NCBI GenBank assembly: GCA_963803435.1
Contig: CAWDML010000001.1
Location: forward strand, 1,632,001-1,696,000
From: an uncultured delta proteobacterium
Lineage (GTDB): Bacteria > Myxococcota > Kuafuiibacteriia > Kuafuiibacteriales > Kuafuiibacteriaceae
Reading direction: 5' to 3'
Length of the DNA stretch: 64,000 nt
The position numbers and the translations under genes were made by a program. The stretch's first letter is position 1. Every line of letters starts with the position of its first letter. The notes below the pieces were generated by a model. The model was not told the origin of the DNA. It did no database searches and saw only the letters and a list, made by a program, of their open reading frames with translations. This document shows, in pieces, positions 9,399-19,969 of this stretch.

Positions 9399-11353
9399 TG
9401 AGGCGGTACCTCTTCCTGGTCTCCCTCCTCGCGGGTTGCGGCGGCGCCAACGTCAGCGAGCCCAAGCTCGAGCCCAAGGCGCCGGGCCTCGAGTCCGCTC
9501 CGAGGTGGCTCACGTACACCTGCGTCGAGCCGGGATGCGACACCACGCTCACCGCAAACGTGAAGGTCCTCGGGGATCGCGCGGTGGCGGTGAAGCGGAT
9601 CATCCTCTCGGATCGGGACCGCACCGACTTCATCGCGACCACCGAGGACACCCCGCCGTTCATCCTCCAGCCCGGCGAGCAGTTCGCCATCGACGTGGAC
9701 TACACCCCGACCGGTGATCCGCGGCTCGGCGACGTCGATCTCCGGATCACGTACACCGACGCTGCGGCCTCCGAGAGCGACGACCGCGTCCCGCCCGGCG
9801 AGCTGGCGGTCCCGCTGGTGCGGCGGCAGATCGGGGAGCCCAAGCTCGCGGTGGATCCGACCATGCTGAGCTTCGGCGCGGTGCTCCCCACGGCGCGGAT
9901 GAGCCTGCCGCTCGAGATCTCCAACGCCGGGTTCGGCAACGTGGGCCTGGTGCTCGACGACGTCGAGATCGATCCGCCGGGCGATGTCCGGGTGGAGAAC
10001 CTTCCGCCGGCGGCGCTGGTACCCGGGGAGCGCTGGAGCCTGGACGTCATCTTCGAACCGCAGCAGGAGAGCTACCTCGAAGGCACGCTCACGCTCTACC
10101 CGGTGGGCGGGAGCTCGGCCCCCACGGTCGTGCCGATGATCGGTACCAGCATCTCGCAGGCGTCGATCCTGACCCAGCCGAAGAACGGGATCGACTTCGG
10201 GGAGGTCGCCGTCGGCGCGATGGCGGAGGCCGTCCTCGAGATCACGAACCGCGGGGCCGAGAACCTGGTGCTCCGGCAGGTCGAGCTGGGCTCGGGCGTG
10301 CCCGGAGCCGACCTGACGGTGATGCTCCCGAACGGGGCCGAGACCGCGACCATCGCCGCGCTCGAGACCGTCGATCTCACGATCGACCTGACCGCGATCG
10401 ATCCAGGACAGATCGACACGACGATCCGCATCACCTCGAACGATCGCCAGCAGCCGGTGGTCGACGTCCCGGTGGTCGGGCTGATCACCAAGCCGATCAT
10501 CAGCGTGACTCCGGAGGCCGTCGACTTCGGGACGGTCCCGCGGGGCTGGACCCTGGTGCAGTCGATCGAGGTCAGCAACGCCGGCTACGGCAACCTCGAG
10601 ATCACGAACCTCGGCTTGATCCTGGGGTCGAGCGAGCTGTTCATCCTGCGGACCGTGCCCACGCTCCCGATCGTGCTCCGCCACGATCAGCGGACCGCGG
10701 TGGAGATCGAGTTCCGCTCCGAGGCCGAGGCCAACTTCAGCGGCACGATCTCGATCGACTCCAACGATTCGGATCGACCGTTCATCGAGATCCCGATCGG
10801 CGCGGTGGGCGCCTCCTGCGACGCCGGCTGCCCCATCGCCAACGGCACGGCCTCCTGCGGCGCGGGCCTGTGCGCGATCGGCAGCTGCGACGCGAGCTGG
10901 TACGACGCGGACAAGGACCCCGCGACCGGATGCGAGTGCCGCGAGGTCGGCAGCGATCCGGGCGAGTTCTGCGCCGAGGGCGTGTACGTGGGCAGCCTGG
11001 ACGACTCGGGCGAGGCGACCACGTACACCGGCATCATCCCCGAGGAGACGGACGTCGACGTCATCCGGTTCTTCGGCAACGACAGCAGCCAGATCTTCAG
11101 CGACGACTACGACGTCCGCGTCACGCTCGAGAGCACGGATCCCGGGATCCAGTTCTGCGCGTACCGGCACGACACCGGCAACCACCTCACCGAGTGCTAC
11201 TGGGAGAACGAGCGCTGTCCCACCGATCGCGCCTTCCGGAAGGACGGTAGCCTGGGACCGGACGACTCGGCCGACTATTCGATCAAGGTCTTCCGCACGC
11301 CGACCAGCGCGCCGACCTGCACCACGTACACTTTGTTCCTGCGGAACGGCTGA
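9395..11353 (+). CDS. Lipoprotein with tandem Ig-like (choice-of-anchor D/ASH-type) domains and a Cys-rich C-terminus
   Basis: Lipobox LAGC; repeats of (S/D)FG.V...I.N.G..NL; coupled to the upstream gene. Confidence 0.8.
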   Translation: MMRRYLFLVSLLAGCGGANVSEPKLEPKAPGLESAPRWLTYTCVEPGCDTTLTANVKVLGDRAVAVKRIILSDRDRTDFIATTEDTPPFILQPGEQFAIDVDYTPTGDPRLGDVDLRITYTDAAASESDDRVPPGELAVPLVRRQIGEPKLAVDPTMLSFGAVLPTARMSLPLEISNAGFGNVGLVLDDVEIDPPGDVRVENLPPAALVPGERWSLDVIFEPQQESYLEGTLTLYPVGGSSAPTVVPMIGTSISQASILTQPKNGIDFGEVAVGAMAEAVLEITNRGAENLVLRQVELGSGVPGADLTVMLPNGAETATIAALETVDLTIDLTAIDPGQIDTTIRITSNDRQQPVVDVPVVGLITKPIISVTPEAVDFGTVPRGWTLVQSIEVSNAGYGNLEITNLGLILGSSELFILRTVPTLPIVLRHDQRTAVEIEFRSEAEANFSGTISIDSNDSDRPFIEIPIGAVGASCDAGCPIANGTASCGAGLCAIGSCDASWYDADKDPATGCECREVGSDPGEFCAEGVYVGSLDDSGEATTYTGIIPEETDVDVIRFFGNDSSQIFSDDYDVRVTLESTDPGIQFCAYRHDTGNHLTECYWENERCPTDRAFRKDGSLGPDDSADYSIKVFRTPTSAPTCTTYTLFLRNG

Positions 11354-11362
11354 GCGGCCGGT

Positions 11363-12268
11363 CTAGGCGCCGAGCTCGCGCGCCTCGATGTTGATCCGCA
11401 GGATCTCGGGGAACTCGTCCTGGATCGCGCCCTCGAGCGCCTCGACCGCCGCCGCCACCTCCTCCGCCGAGAGATCGGCGCGGAACTCGAGGTCCAGGTT
11501 GAGCATCACCTCCTCCGGACCGAAGTGCATCGTCAAGGGGTCCCGCACCGCCTCGATGGCGGGGGGGGCCTGGGCGATCTCCTTCACCCGGCGGACCATG
11601 GACCGGTCGGCGCTCTCGCCGACCAGCAGGTGCTCGACCTGGGAGACCAGGTACAACGCCACGGCCACCAGCAGGGCGCCGATGACCATGGAGGCGATCG
11701 CGTCGGGATAGACACTCCCCGTGATCTGCCGAAGAAGGATCCCGACGAAGGCGACGGCGATCCCGACCAGCGCCGCCCCGTCCTCGGCCACCACCACGAA
11801 GCGGGCTGGATCCTTGCTGTGGTGGAGCTTGTCGAGGATGCCGTGACCCCGCTCCTCCCGGCAAACCGCGCGAAGCGCGATCCACCACGACGATCCCTCC
11901 GCGAGGAAGGCGATCCCGAGGACGGCGTAGCTCCAGAGGACGGAGTGGAGCGGCGCGGGATGCGAGAGGTGCTCCATGCCTTCGTAGATCGACATGCCGC
12001 CGCCGACCCCGAACGCCAGCGCGACCAGCAGGCTGTAGAAGTACAGCTCCTTGCCATATCCGAAGGGATGGCCGGCATCCGGCGGCTTCTTGCTCCGCTC
12101 CAGCCCGACCAGTATCAGCGCCTCATTCCCGGTATCGACGACGGAATGGATGCCTTCGGCCACCATCGCCGAGCTCCCCGAGGCCGCGCCTGCGAGGAAC
12201 TTTGCGACGGCGATGATCACGTTCGCCACGATGGCGGCCATGACGGTGACCGGCTTCTTGCGCTCCAC
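11363..12268 (-). CDS. Cation diffusion facilitator (CDF) family transporter
   Basis: SSAMVAEGIHSVVD, HPFGYGKE, EDGAAL, several TM helices; start uncertain. Confidence 0.92.
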   Translation of the reverse strand: MERKKPVTVMAAIVANVIIAVAKFLAGAASGSSAMVAEGIHSVVDTGNEALILVGLERSKKPPDAGHPFGYGKELYFYSLLVALAFGVGGGMSIYEGMEHLSHPAPLHSVLWSYAVLGIAFLAEGSSWWIALRAVCREERGHGILDKLHHSKDPARFVVVAEDGAALVGIAVAFVGILLRQITGSVYPDAIASMVIGALLVAVALYLVSQVEHLLVGESADRSMVRRVKEIAQAPPAIEAVRDPLTMHFGPEEVMLNLDLEFRADLSAEEVAAAVEALEGAIQDEFPEILRINIEARELGA

Positions 12269-12398
12269 GATCCTCGGGACGATAGGAAGCAACGGACGTG
12301 CCTCGCGCGCGCGCGCGATCCAGGATCGATCCAATTCCGCGCACTTAGATCGCGGCGTTGCACTGCAAGATCGGTTGCGGTACAAGTTCGCAAAACGA

Positions 12399-13085
12399 AT
12401 GACCCTCGATCCCGAGCGCAGCGCTCCGTTCGATCTCAGAGGTGGTTCCTTCGCGACCATGGTGCTGCGCGTCCGCGATCCCGACGACCGATCCTTCGTT
12501 GCGCTGCTCGAGACCAAGCTGGCCCAGGCCCCTGGAATGTTCCAAAACGCCCCTTTGGTGCTCGATCTCGATGAGCTGGCCGACCCCGACGGTTTTTCGC
12601 TCGATCCCTTGCTCGACGTCCTCCGCAGCCATCGACTGTCGCCGGTCGCGATCCAGGGCGGAGGGGAGGCGCTGCGGCGCGTCGCCTCCGAGGCCAAGCT
12701 GGCGATCATGCCGGGCAAGGGGATCGAACGACCGCCGGCCGCCGCGCGGGCCAACACCACGCGGTGGATCAAGGAGCCGGTCCGGTCCGGCCAGCGGATC
12801 TACGCCGCGCAGGGCGACCTGGTGGTCCTGGCGCCGGTCAGCTCCGGGGCCGAGCTGATGGCGGACGGAAGCATCCACGTCTACAGCGCCCTTCGCGGGC
12901 GCGCGCTGGCTGGGCTGAGCGGCGACACGAACGCGCACATCTTCGTCCACTGTCTCGAGGCGGAGCTGGTGTCGATCGCCGGGCTGTACAAGGTGAGCGA
13001 GGCGTTCGAAGCCTCGTTCCACAAGAAGAACGTGCACATCTACCTCGAGGGCGACACCCTCAAGATGGACGTGCTTGCGCATTGA
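12399..13085 (+). CDS. minC: Septum site-determining protein MinC
   Basis: PVRSGQRIYA, GAELMADGSIHVYSALRGRALAG, LEAELVSIAG. Confidence 0.95.
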   Translation: MTLDPERSAPFDLRGGSFATMVLRVRDPDDRSFVALLETKLAQAPGMFQNAPLVLDLDELADPDGFSLDPLLDVLRSHRLSPVAIQGGGEALRRVASEAKLAIMPGKGIERPPAAARANTTRWIKEPVRSGQRIYAAQGDLVVLAPVSSGAELMADGSIHVYSALRGRALAGLSGDTNAHIFVHCLEAELVSIAGLYKVSEAFEASFHKKNVHIYLEGDTLKMDVLAH

Positions 13086-13101
13086 GTGAGGAGGTTTCCG
13101 A

Positions 13102-13917
13102 GTGGCAACAGTCATCGTCATGACTTCGGGAAAAGGCGGCGTCGGTAAGACGACCTCGAGCGCTGCTTTCGCGACGGGACTCGCGCTGCGAGGCAACAAG
13201 ACCGTCGTCATCGACTTCGACGTCGGGCTCCGCAACCTGGACCTCGTGATGGGGTGCGAGCGGCGGGTCGTCTTCGACTTCATCAACGTGATCAACGGAG
13301 AGGCGAAGCTCCACCAGACGTTGATCAAGGATAAACGGGTCGAGAACCTCTACATCCTCCCCACCTCCCAGACCCGGGACAAGGACGCCCTCAGCCGGGA
13401 GGGGGTGGAGAAGGTGCTGGACGAGCTGAAGCAGGAGTTCGACTACATCCTCTGCGACTCACCCGCCGGCATCGAGAAGGGCGCGCTCATGGCGCTCTAT
13501 TTCGCGGATCACGCGATCGTGGTGACGAACCCGGAGGTCTCGTCGGTGCGCGACAGTGACCGCATCATCGGGGTGCTGGCCGCCAAGTCCCGCCGCGCCG
13601 AGGAGAATCTCGACCCGGTGAAGACGCACCTCCTGCTCGCGCGCTACGACCCGGCCCGGGTCGAGCGCGGCGACATGCTGCGGGTCGACGACGTCCTCGA
13701 GATCCTCTCGATCCCGCTGCTCGGCGTGATCCCGGAGAGCCAGGCGGTGCTGCGCGCGTCGAACACCGGCACGCCCGTCATCCTCGACGACAAGTCCACG
13801 GCCGGGCAGGCGTACGCCGACGCGGTCGCGCGGTTCCTGGGCGAGCAGGTCGAGCACCGCTTCACCGATCCTCCGAAGAAGGGCTTCTTCTCGAAGCTCC
13901 TCGGGAGGAGCGCATGA
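13102..13917 (+). CDS. minD: Septum site-determining ATPase MinD
   Basis: TSGKGGVGKTT, DFDVGLRNLD, DSPAGIE, PEVSSVRDSDR, C-terminal membrane-targeting helix KGFFSKLLG. Confidence 0.97.
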   Translation: MATVIVMTSGKGGVGKTTSSAAFATGLALRGNKTVVIDFDVGLRNLDLVMGCERRVVFDFINVINGEAKLHQTLIKDKRVENLYILPTSQTRDKDALSREGVEKVLDELKQEFDYILCDSPAGIEKGALMALYFADHAIVVTNPEVSSVRDSDRIIGVLAAKSRRAEENLDPVKTHLLLARYDPARVERGDMLRVDDVLEILSIPLLGVIPESQAVLRASNTGTPVILDDKSTAGQAYADAVARFLGEQVEHRFTDPPKKGFFSKLLGRSA

Positions 13918-14204
13918 GGCTCTTCGACTTCTTTCGTCTCTCCTCGGGGCAGAGACGAAGCGCAGACGAGGCGAAGGAGCGCCTTCAGCTGCTGCTCTCT
14001 CACGAGCGGGCGCACCGCCACGGGCCCGACTTTCTGCCGATGCTCCAGAAGGAGCTCGTGGCGGTGATCTGCAAGTACGTCGAGATCGACACCGACCGGG
14101 TCGAGGTGAAGCTCGAGTCGAACGGCGACATCTCCATGCTCGAGGTCAACATCGAGCTCCCCAGCCCGAGAATCGAGAGTATTCCGTGCGTCCCCGCGAG
14201 GTAG
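13914..14204 (+). CDS. minE: Cell division topological specificity factor MinE
   Basis: SADEAKERLQLLLSHER, LQKELVAVICKYV, LEVNIELP. Confidence 0.95.
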   Translation: MRLFDFFRLSSGQRRSADEAKERLQLLLSHERAHRHGPDFLPMLQKELVAVICKYVEIDTDRVEVKLESNGDISMLEVNIELPSPRIESIPCVPAR

Positions 14205-15034
14205 CCACCGCCATCAAAGACGCCGTCAAGGCGGCCATCGAAGAGCGCGCCCGACCCGGCTCCGCGATCCACGCGCTCGAGCGCGCGCGCTCGCTGGTGG
14301 GCGCGTCTCGAAAGATCCGCTACGACGCCAAGCCCGCCGAGTTCGAGGATGATGTCGCCGAGATGTGGTTCCCGGCGATCGGGACGGATCAGGTCCGGCG
14401 GGCCAACGAGGCGTTCTTCGCCCGCATGTCTCGAGATCACGAGCAGCTCTTCCAACACTCCCGTGATCTCAAGGACCGCGCGATCCCCTCCTGGCTCTTC
14501 GCAGACGCCGAGGCGATCGACGGCAAGAAGGTCCTCGAGATCGGCTGCCAGGCCGGCGAGCTGGCCAAGCGTCTGGCTCCGCGGGCGAAGGCGTGGGTGG
14601 GTATCGACGAGAGCACCGCAGCGCTCAGGCTGGCGCGGCTGGTCTCTCCGGAGAATGCGACCTTCGTGCATCCCTCGCAGCAGGTGTCCCTCGCCGTTCA
14701 CCACGGATTGATCGACACGGTGGTGGGCCGCGCGATGCTCGTCCACGCGAACGTGGAGGAGGCGAAGGAGCTGCTGGGCTTCCTGGCGCCGTTCCTCGAG
14801 ACCGGCGGCCGCGTCTACGCCGAGCTCTTCTTCCCCAACCCCGAGATCACGCGGAGCCGCGTCTATCCGGCCGCACATCCGCCCGCCGACGATCCGGAGA
14901 CGCTGTTCGCCTACTCTCGATCCAACATCGAGGCCGTGATCCGGCAGCGGCCGTTCGTGATCCTCCGGGACGACGAGCGCCCCGACCTCGAGCGCCGCTT
15001 TGTGGTCTTCGAGAAGACCGAGATCGAGGAGTGA
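14186..15034 (+). CDS. Class I SAM-dependent methyltransferase
   Basis: VLEIGCQAG motif I, WVGIDES, FLETGG. Confidence 0.75.
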   Translation: MRPREVATAIKDAVKAAIEERARPGSAIHALERARSLVGASRKIRYDAKPAEFEDDVAEMWFPAIGTDQVRRANEAFFARMSRDHEQLFQHSRDLKDRAIPSWLFADAEAIDGKKVLEIGCQAGELAKRLAPRAKAWVGIDESTAALRLARLVSPENATFVHPSQQVSLAVHHGLIDTVVGRAMLVHANVEEAKELLGFLAPFLETGGRVYAELFFPNPEITRSRVYPAAHPPADDPETLFAYSRSNIEAVIRQRPFVILRDDERPDLERRFVVFEKTEIEE

Positions 15035-15055
15035 GCCGCCGTTGGTTCGGGGCGC

Positions 15056-15298
15056 CTAACGCGCCCGCGCGCAGATCGCCGAGCTCAACCGGATCGCGAT
15101 GCTCTCGAGCCCGTCCTCTGGTCGCACCGGAAGCTCCACCTCGCGGCTGGCGATCCAGGCCCCCGACCCACCCGTCCAACGGGCTCGGATCACCGCGCGA
15201 ACCGGGTCCTCCGAGACCGTCACGAAGTGCTGAAGGCATGGGTCGGCGCGCGTGAGCGCGTCCCGAAGGGCCACAGCGATCTGCTCGGTTCGTCTCAT
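15056..15298 (-). CDS. Small hypothetical protein
   Basis: 80-aa ORF with a purine-rich RBS in an otherwise empty gap. Confidence 0.35.
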   Translation of the reverse strand: MRRTEQIAVALRDALTRADPCLQHFVTVSEDPVRAVIRARWTGGSGAWIASREVELPVRPEDGLESIAIRLSSAICARAR

Positions 15299-15478
15299 CC
15301 TGCCAAACTCCCCCTGGAATGTGGGAGGAGACCAGTGCACCTCGCGGGCCAACACGCCCATTCTCGACAGGGTTGGACGCCGTTACGGGCTGGGATCGGG
15401 CCGGGCGCCGAAGGATCCCCCCATCGGACAGTTGTCGGCACAGGATTCCTTGCACTCCTTGGTGGTCCATCGCAATGA

Positions 15479-18440
15479 ATGCACGCCATGCCCACGCCCA
15501 GGTTGTTCATCGCCCTGCTCTTCGTCGCGATTCCCAGCGCGGCCTTCGCCTTCCGCCAGCCGGACGATCGCAGCGCCACGATCGAGCTCGCCAGCGGCGC
15601 GCCTGTTCGTCCCCAGGTCGCCGTCTCCTATCGGGCACCCGCCGATTCGGCCGCGTGGAACACGTTTCTGACCCGGGCGGGGGGTCACTGGCAGTCGATG
15701 TGGGATCGGGACACCGGCGTACCGCTCCGCATCTGGGGGAGCGGGATCGCCGCGCCGAAGAGCATGGGATCTCCCGCAGCCGCCGAGCGCGCCGCCCGCG
15801 CGATCCTCGCCGAGCATCTGGCGCTGCTGGCACCGGGGGCCGCGATCGAGGACTTCGCGGTGGCCGGCAACGTCCTCTCCGACGGCGTCCGCAGCGTCGG
15901 CTTCGTCCAGATGAAGGACGGCGCTCCCGTCGCGCAGGGACAGGTGAGCTTCCGCTTCAAGAAGGATCGGATGATCGCGATCGGATCCGAGGCGTTTCCC
16001 AATCTCTCCCTCGAGATCGAGGCCCCGCGGATCTCCGGACCGCAGGCCGCGCAAGCCGCCTTGCAGTGGACACCCGGCCGCTTCGACCGGGTGAATGATC
16101 CCGTGGTGCGCGCGGTCGTTCTCGCGGACGGGGGCATCGTGGCCGCCCACGTGATCCCGGTGATCGTGTGGACCTCGTCGCCGATCGGCCGCTGGGAGGT
16201 CGACATCGACGCGGCGACCGGGCGGCCGTTCGCGCGCCGCCAGACGCTCATGTTCGCGACCGGTACGCTCCGCTACAACGTGCCCGAGCGCTACCCGAGG
16301 AGCACACGCTACGACGCACCTGCGCCCCTCACCTCGGTCACGGTCGACGGCGCGGCTCTCATGACCGCCGAGGACGGATCGCTGGTCTGGCCGGCCGGCA
16401 CCAGCACCACGGCCCGGCTTCAGACCTCCATCAGCGGCTCGCTGGTCAACATCAACAACGAGGCCGGCCTCACCGCCAGCACCACGCTCTCGCTCACCGA
16501 CGGCGGCAGCGCGGTGTGGAACGAGTCGACCGACGAGATGCGGGACGCCCAGGTGACCGCGTTCATCGCGGCGCGGAACGCCCGCGATCGCGCCCGCATC
16601 ATCGCGCCGCAGCTGCCGTTCCTCCAGACCCAGCTCCAGGTCTACGTGAACATCGACGACGTCTGTAACGCCTACTCGGACGGCGAAACGATCAACTTCT
16701 TCCGGTCGGGCATGGGCTGCGAGAACACCGCCCGCCTCACGGACGTGGTGACCCACGAGTACGGCCACTCGATCCACTTCCACGCGATCATCCGAGGCGT
16801 CGGTGAGTTCGAGACGGCGCTCAGCGAGGGCGGCGCCGACTACCTGGCCGCCACCCGGGTCAACGACTCAGGCATGGGCCGCGGCTTCTTCTTCACCAAC
16901 CAGCCGCTCCGTGAGCTCGATCCCGTGGGCAGCGAGGCTACCTGGCCCAGCTCCAGCCGCGATCCGCACGAGGTCGGCCTCACCTATGCCGGGTCGATGT
17001 GGGACGTCCGCAAGCACTTCATCGAGAAGTATGGGATGGAGCGCGGCGTCGAGATGACCGACCTGCTCTGGTACGGCGTCTTCCAGCGCGCCTCCTCGAT
17101 CCCGACCAGCTACGTCGAGGTCCTGGTCGGCAACGACGACGACGGCGATCTCAGCAACGGCACGCCCGACATGTGCGAGATCACCGATATCTTCCGTGCC
17201 CACGGGCTCGCGAGCGCCGCCGACAGCGGCCTCAGCATCGGCTCGGTGTCGCTGTCCGACTGGAAGGTCGCGATCCCGGTGACCGAGGCGGGGCTCTGCC
17301 CGGGCTTCGAGATCTCGAGCGCCAAGCTCGCGTGGAGCCTCCGCGGCCAGGCGGACAGCGGCGAGTCGGTCGACATGACCCGGAACGCCGGCGTCTTCGA
17401 GGGGACGATCCCACCGCAGGCCGACGGCCAGGTGCTTCGGTATCGGGTCGAGCTCGACTTCGCGAACGGCGACGTCCTCCACTTCCCGGACAACCCGGCG
17501 GAATCCCGAGTACGAGACGTTCATCGGCGAGGTCACGCCGATCTACTGCACCGACTTCGAGGCCGATCCGGTCGAGGAGGGCTGGTCGCACCAGATGCTG
17601 AGCGGCCAGGGCAACCGGGCGCACGACGAGTGGGAGTGGGGCGAGCCGAGCTCCGATCCCTCGACGGGTGATCCGACGCGCGCGTTCTCGGGCCAGAACG
17701 TGGTCGGGAACGATCTCGGCCTCATGGGTCTCGGCACCTACCAGCGAAACAAGGTCGAGGAGCTGACCTCGCCCCTGATCGACGTCAGCGGGCACGAACA
17801 GGTTCGACTCCAGTATCGACGCTGGCTCACCGTCGAGGACGGCGACTTCGATCAGGCCGAGATCCTCTCGGGCGACACGCAGCTGTGGACCAACCTCGCC
17901 AGCGGCGGCCGCGGCCTCGACCACGTCGATCGCGAGTGGCGGTTCCACGACGTTGACCTCACCAGCGCGGCGGCGCAGAACGGCGGACAGATCCAGCTGA
18001 CCTACCGCCTCACCAGCGACGGCGGCGTCCAGCTCGGCGGGTGGACCCTCGACGACTTCTGCATCGTCGGCGTCGAGGGCCCCACCTCCCGCTGCGGGGA
18101 CGGCAAGGTCGATGCGGGCGAGGCATGCGACGACGGCAACACCGCGCCCGGCGACGGCTGCGAGGCCGACTGCACCCTCCCGGCTGGACCGATGTGCGGC
18201 AACGCGATCGTCGAGGCGGGCGAGCAGTGCGACGACGGCAACGGCGCCTCCGGCGATGGATGCGAGCCTAGCTGCGTGATCTCGTCGACGCCGGATCCCG
18301 AGGAGCCGAAGCTGCTCCAGGACGAATCAGGTTGCGCGTGCACGGCCCACCACGCGGGCCCGAGCAGCAGCGCTTCGCTGTGGATCGTGCTCGCGATGGG
18401 GATCGTGCTCGTCGTTCGGCGGCGTTCGTCTCGCGCTTGA
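15479..18440 (+). CDS. Secreted gluzincin (M4/M36-like) metallopeptidase with Cys-rich repeats and MYXO-CTERM-type tail; frameshifted at ~17502
   Basis: Signal peptide, CNAYSDG, HEYGH, downstream SEG, two CG.G...GE.CDDGN..GDGC repeats, GCAC + TM + RRR tail; removing one A at 17502-3 fuses the two ORFs (NPADPEYETFIG). Confidence 0.82.
18090..18280 (+). repeat. Two myxobacterial cysteine-rich repeats (coding)
   Basis: CGDGKVDAGEACDDGNTAPGDGCEADC and CGNAIVEAGEQCDDGNGASGDGCEPSC. Confidence 0.85.
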
Positions 18441-18452
18441 ATCTCGAGATGA

Positions 18453-18692
18453 TCAGACGCCGTGGAGGCTCACCGCCAGGACGGTGCCCAGCCCGAGCCC
18501 GAGCAGGAGCAGGCCGGCGAGCGCGGGGATCCAGGGGCGAGCTCGAGGGGGCGGCGGGAGGCGGACCGTGTCGGCGCGATCGCGGAGCGCGCGTTCCGGG
18601 ATCTGGAGCGTGAGGTCGTCATCGATCAGCACGAAGCGGCGGGCGGCCGTGCTCGGAACAAATCTGGGCTCGAATCCCCCGGCGCTCATCAT
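18453..18692 (-). CDS. Small tail-anchored hypothetical membrane protein
   Basis: 79-aa ORF with a Pro-rich linker and C-terminal hydrophobic helix. Confidence 0.45.
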   Translation of the reverse strand: MMSAGGFEPRFVPSTAARRFVLIDDDLTLQIPERALRDRADTVRLPPPPRARPWIPALAGLLLLGLGLGTVLAVSLHGV

Positions 18693-18792
18693 GCGCAGTA
18701 TACCCACATAAGAGCTCAACGTAGTCCCCCATCCGTCATTCGACCGACCACCTCGGCCGAAAATGGCCCGAAAACACGCTAGTCTCCCGTCG

Positions 18793-19959
18793 ATGGATCT
18801 CTCGTTCAGCCCCGAGGAGGAGGGCTTCCGCCTCGAAGTCCAGACCTTCCTGCGCGAAGCCATGCCGCCCCACATCCGCGCCAAAGCAGAGGTGGACGGC
18901 CAGTTCCTGCACTCCGAGATCATGGAGTGGCACAAGGTCCTGTACGCGAAGGGGTGGGCTGCGCCCCACTGGCCGCGCGAGTACGGCGGTACCGGCTGGG
19001 ATGCCGCGCGCCGCTTCATCTTCAACGACGAGACGCAGCTCGCCGCGGCGCCGCCGCTCAGCCCGTTCGGGCTCGCGATGGTGGGGCCGCTCTTGATCCA
19101 GTTCGGCACCGACGCCCAGAAGAAGCGCTTCCTCCCCAAGATCCTGGCCGGTGAGGAGATCTGGTGTCAGGGCTACTCGGAGCCGGGCGCAGGCAGCGAC
19201 CTGGCCTCCCTGCGGATGTCTGCGGTCCTCGACGGCGACCACTTCGTCGTCGACGGACAGAAGACCTGGACCACCTACGCGCAGTACGCCGACTGGATCT
19301 TCTGTCTCGTGCGCACCGACGCCGGCGGGAAGAAGCAGGCTGGCATCAGCTTCCTGCTGATCGACATGAAGACGCCCGGGGTCGAGGTCAAGCCGATGCT
19401 GACGATCGGCAATCAGCCCTCGTTCTGCGACACGTTCTTCGACAACGTCCGCGTGCCGAAGGAGAACCTGGTAGGACCGCTCCACGGCGGATGGACGCTG
19501 GCCAAGGCGCTGCTCGGTCACGAGCGGACGTTGATCGCCTTCGTCGGTACCTCACGGCGCAACCTTCAGCGCGCCAAGCGCATCGCCCGCCAGCACGGCT
19601 TGCTCGACGATCCGATCTGGCGCCGGCGCTTCGCGAGCATGGACGTCAAGCTGCGCAGCCTGGAGATGACGAACTACCGCGCGCTGGCGTCCGCCCAGCT
19701 GGGACGCGCGCCGGGTCCGGAGTCCTCGATCCTCAAGATCCGCGGGTCCGAGGTGCTGCAGCAGGTCTTCGAGCTGGCGCTCGAGGTGGCGGGTCACGAC
19801 AGCCTCTCCTGGTTCAACCGGGAGGGCATGGTGCCGGCGAACGAGCAATGGGTGGCTCCGCTGTACTGTTATAACCGTGCGACCACGATCTACGGCGGCA
19901 CGAACGAGATCCAGAAGAACATCATCGCGAAGATGATCCTCGGGCTTCCGGGGCTGTAG
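18793..19959 (+). CDS. Acyl-CoA dehydrogenase (PimC-like large subunit)
   Basis: WCQGYSEPGAGSDLASL, GQKTWTT, TIYGGTNEIQKNII. Confidence 0.93.
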   Translation: MDLSFSPEEEGFRLEVQTFLREAMPPHIRAKAEVDGQFLHSEIMEWHKVLYAKGWAAPHWPREYGGTGWDAARRFIFNDETQLAAAPPLSPFGLAMVGPLLIQFGTDAQKKRFLPKILAGEEIWCQGYSEPGAGSDLASLRMSAVLDGDHFVVDGQKTWTTYAQYADWIFCLVRTDAGGKKQAGISFLLIDMKTPGVEVKPMLTIGNQPSFCDTFFDNVRVPKENLVGPLHGGWTLAKALLGHERTLIAFVGTSRRNLQRAKRIARQHGLLDDPIWRRRFASMDVKLRSLEMTNYRALASAQLGRAPGPESSILKIRGSEVLQQVFELALEVAGHDSLSWFNREGMVPANEQWVAPLYCYNRATTIYGGTNEIQKNIIAKMILGLPGL

Positions 19960-19969
19960 GAGACAGGCC

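Noticed and set aside
12358-12386. TTGCAC-17-TACAAG possible sigma70 promoter before minC
   Set aside because: Weak -10 match; not distinguishable from chance without TSS data
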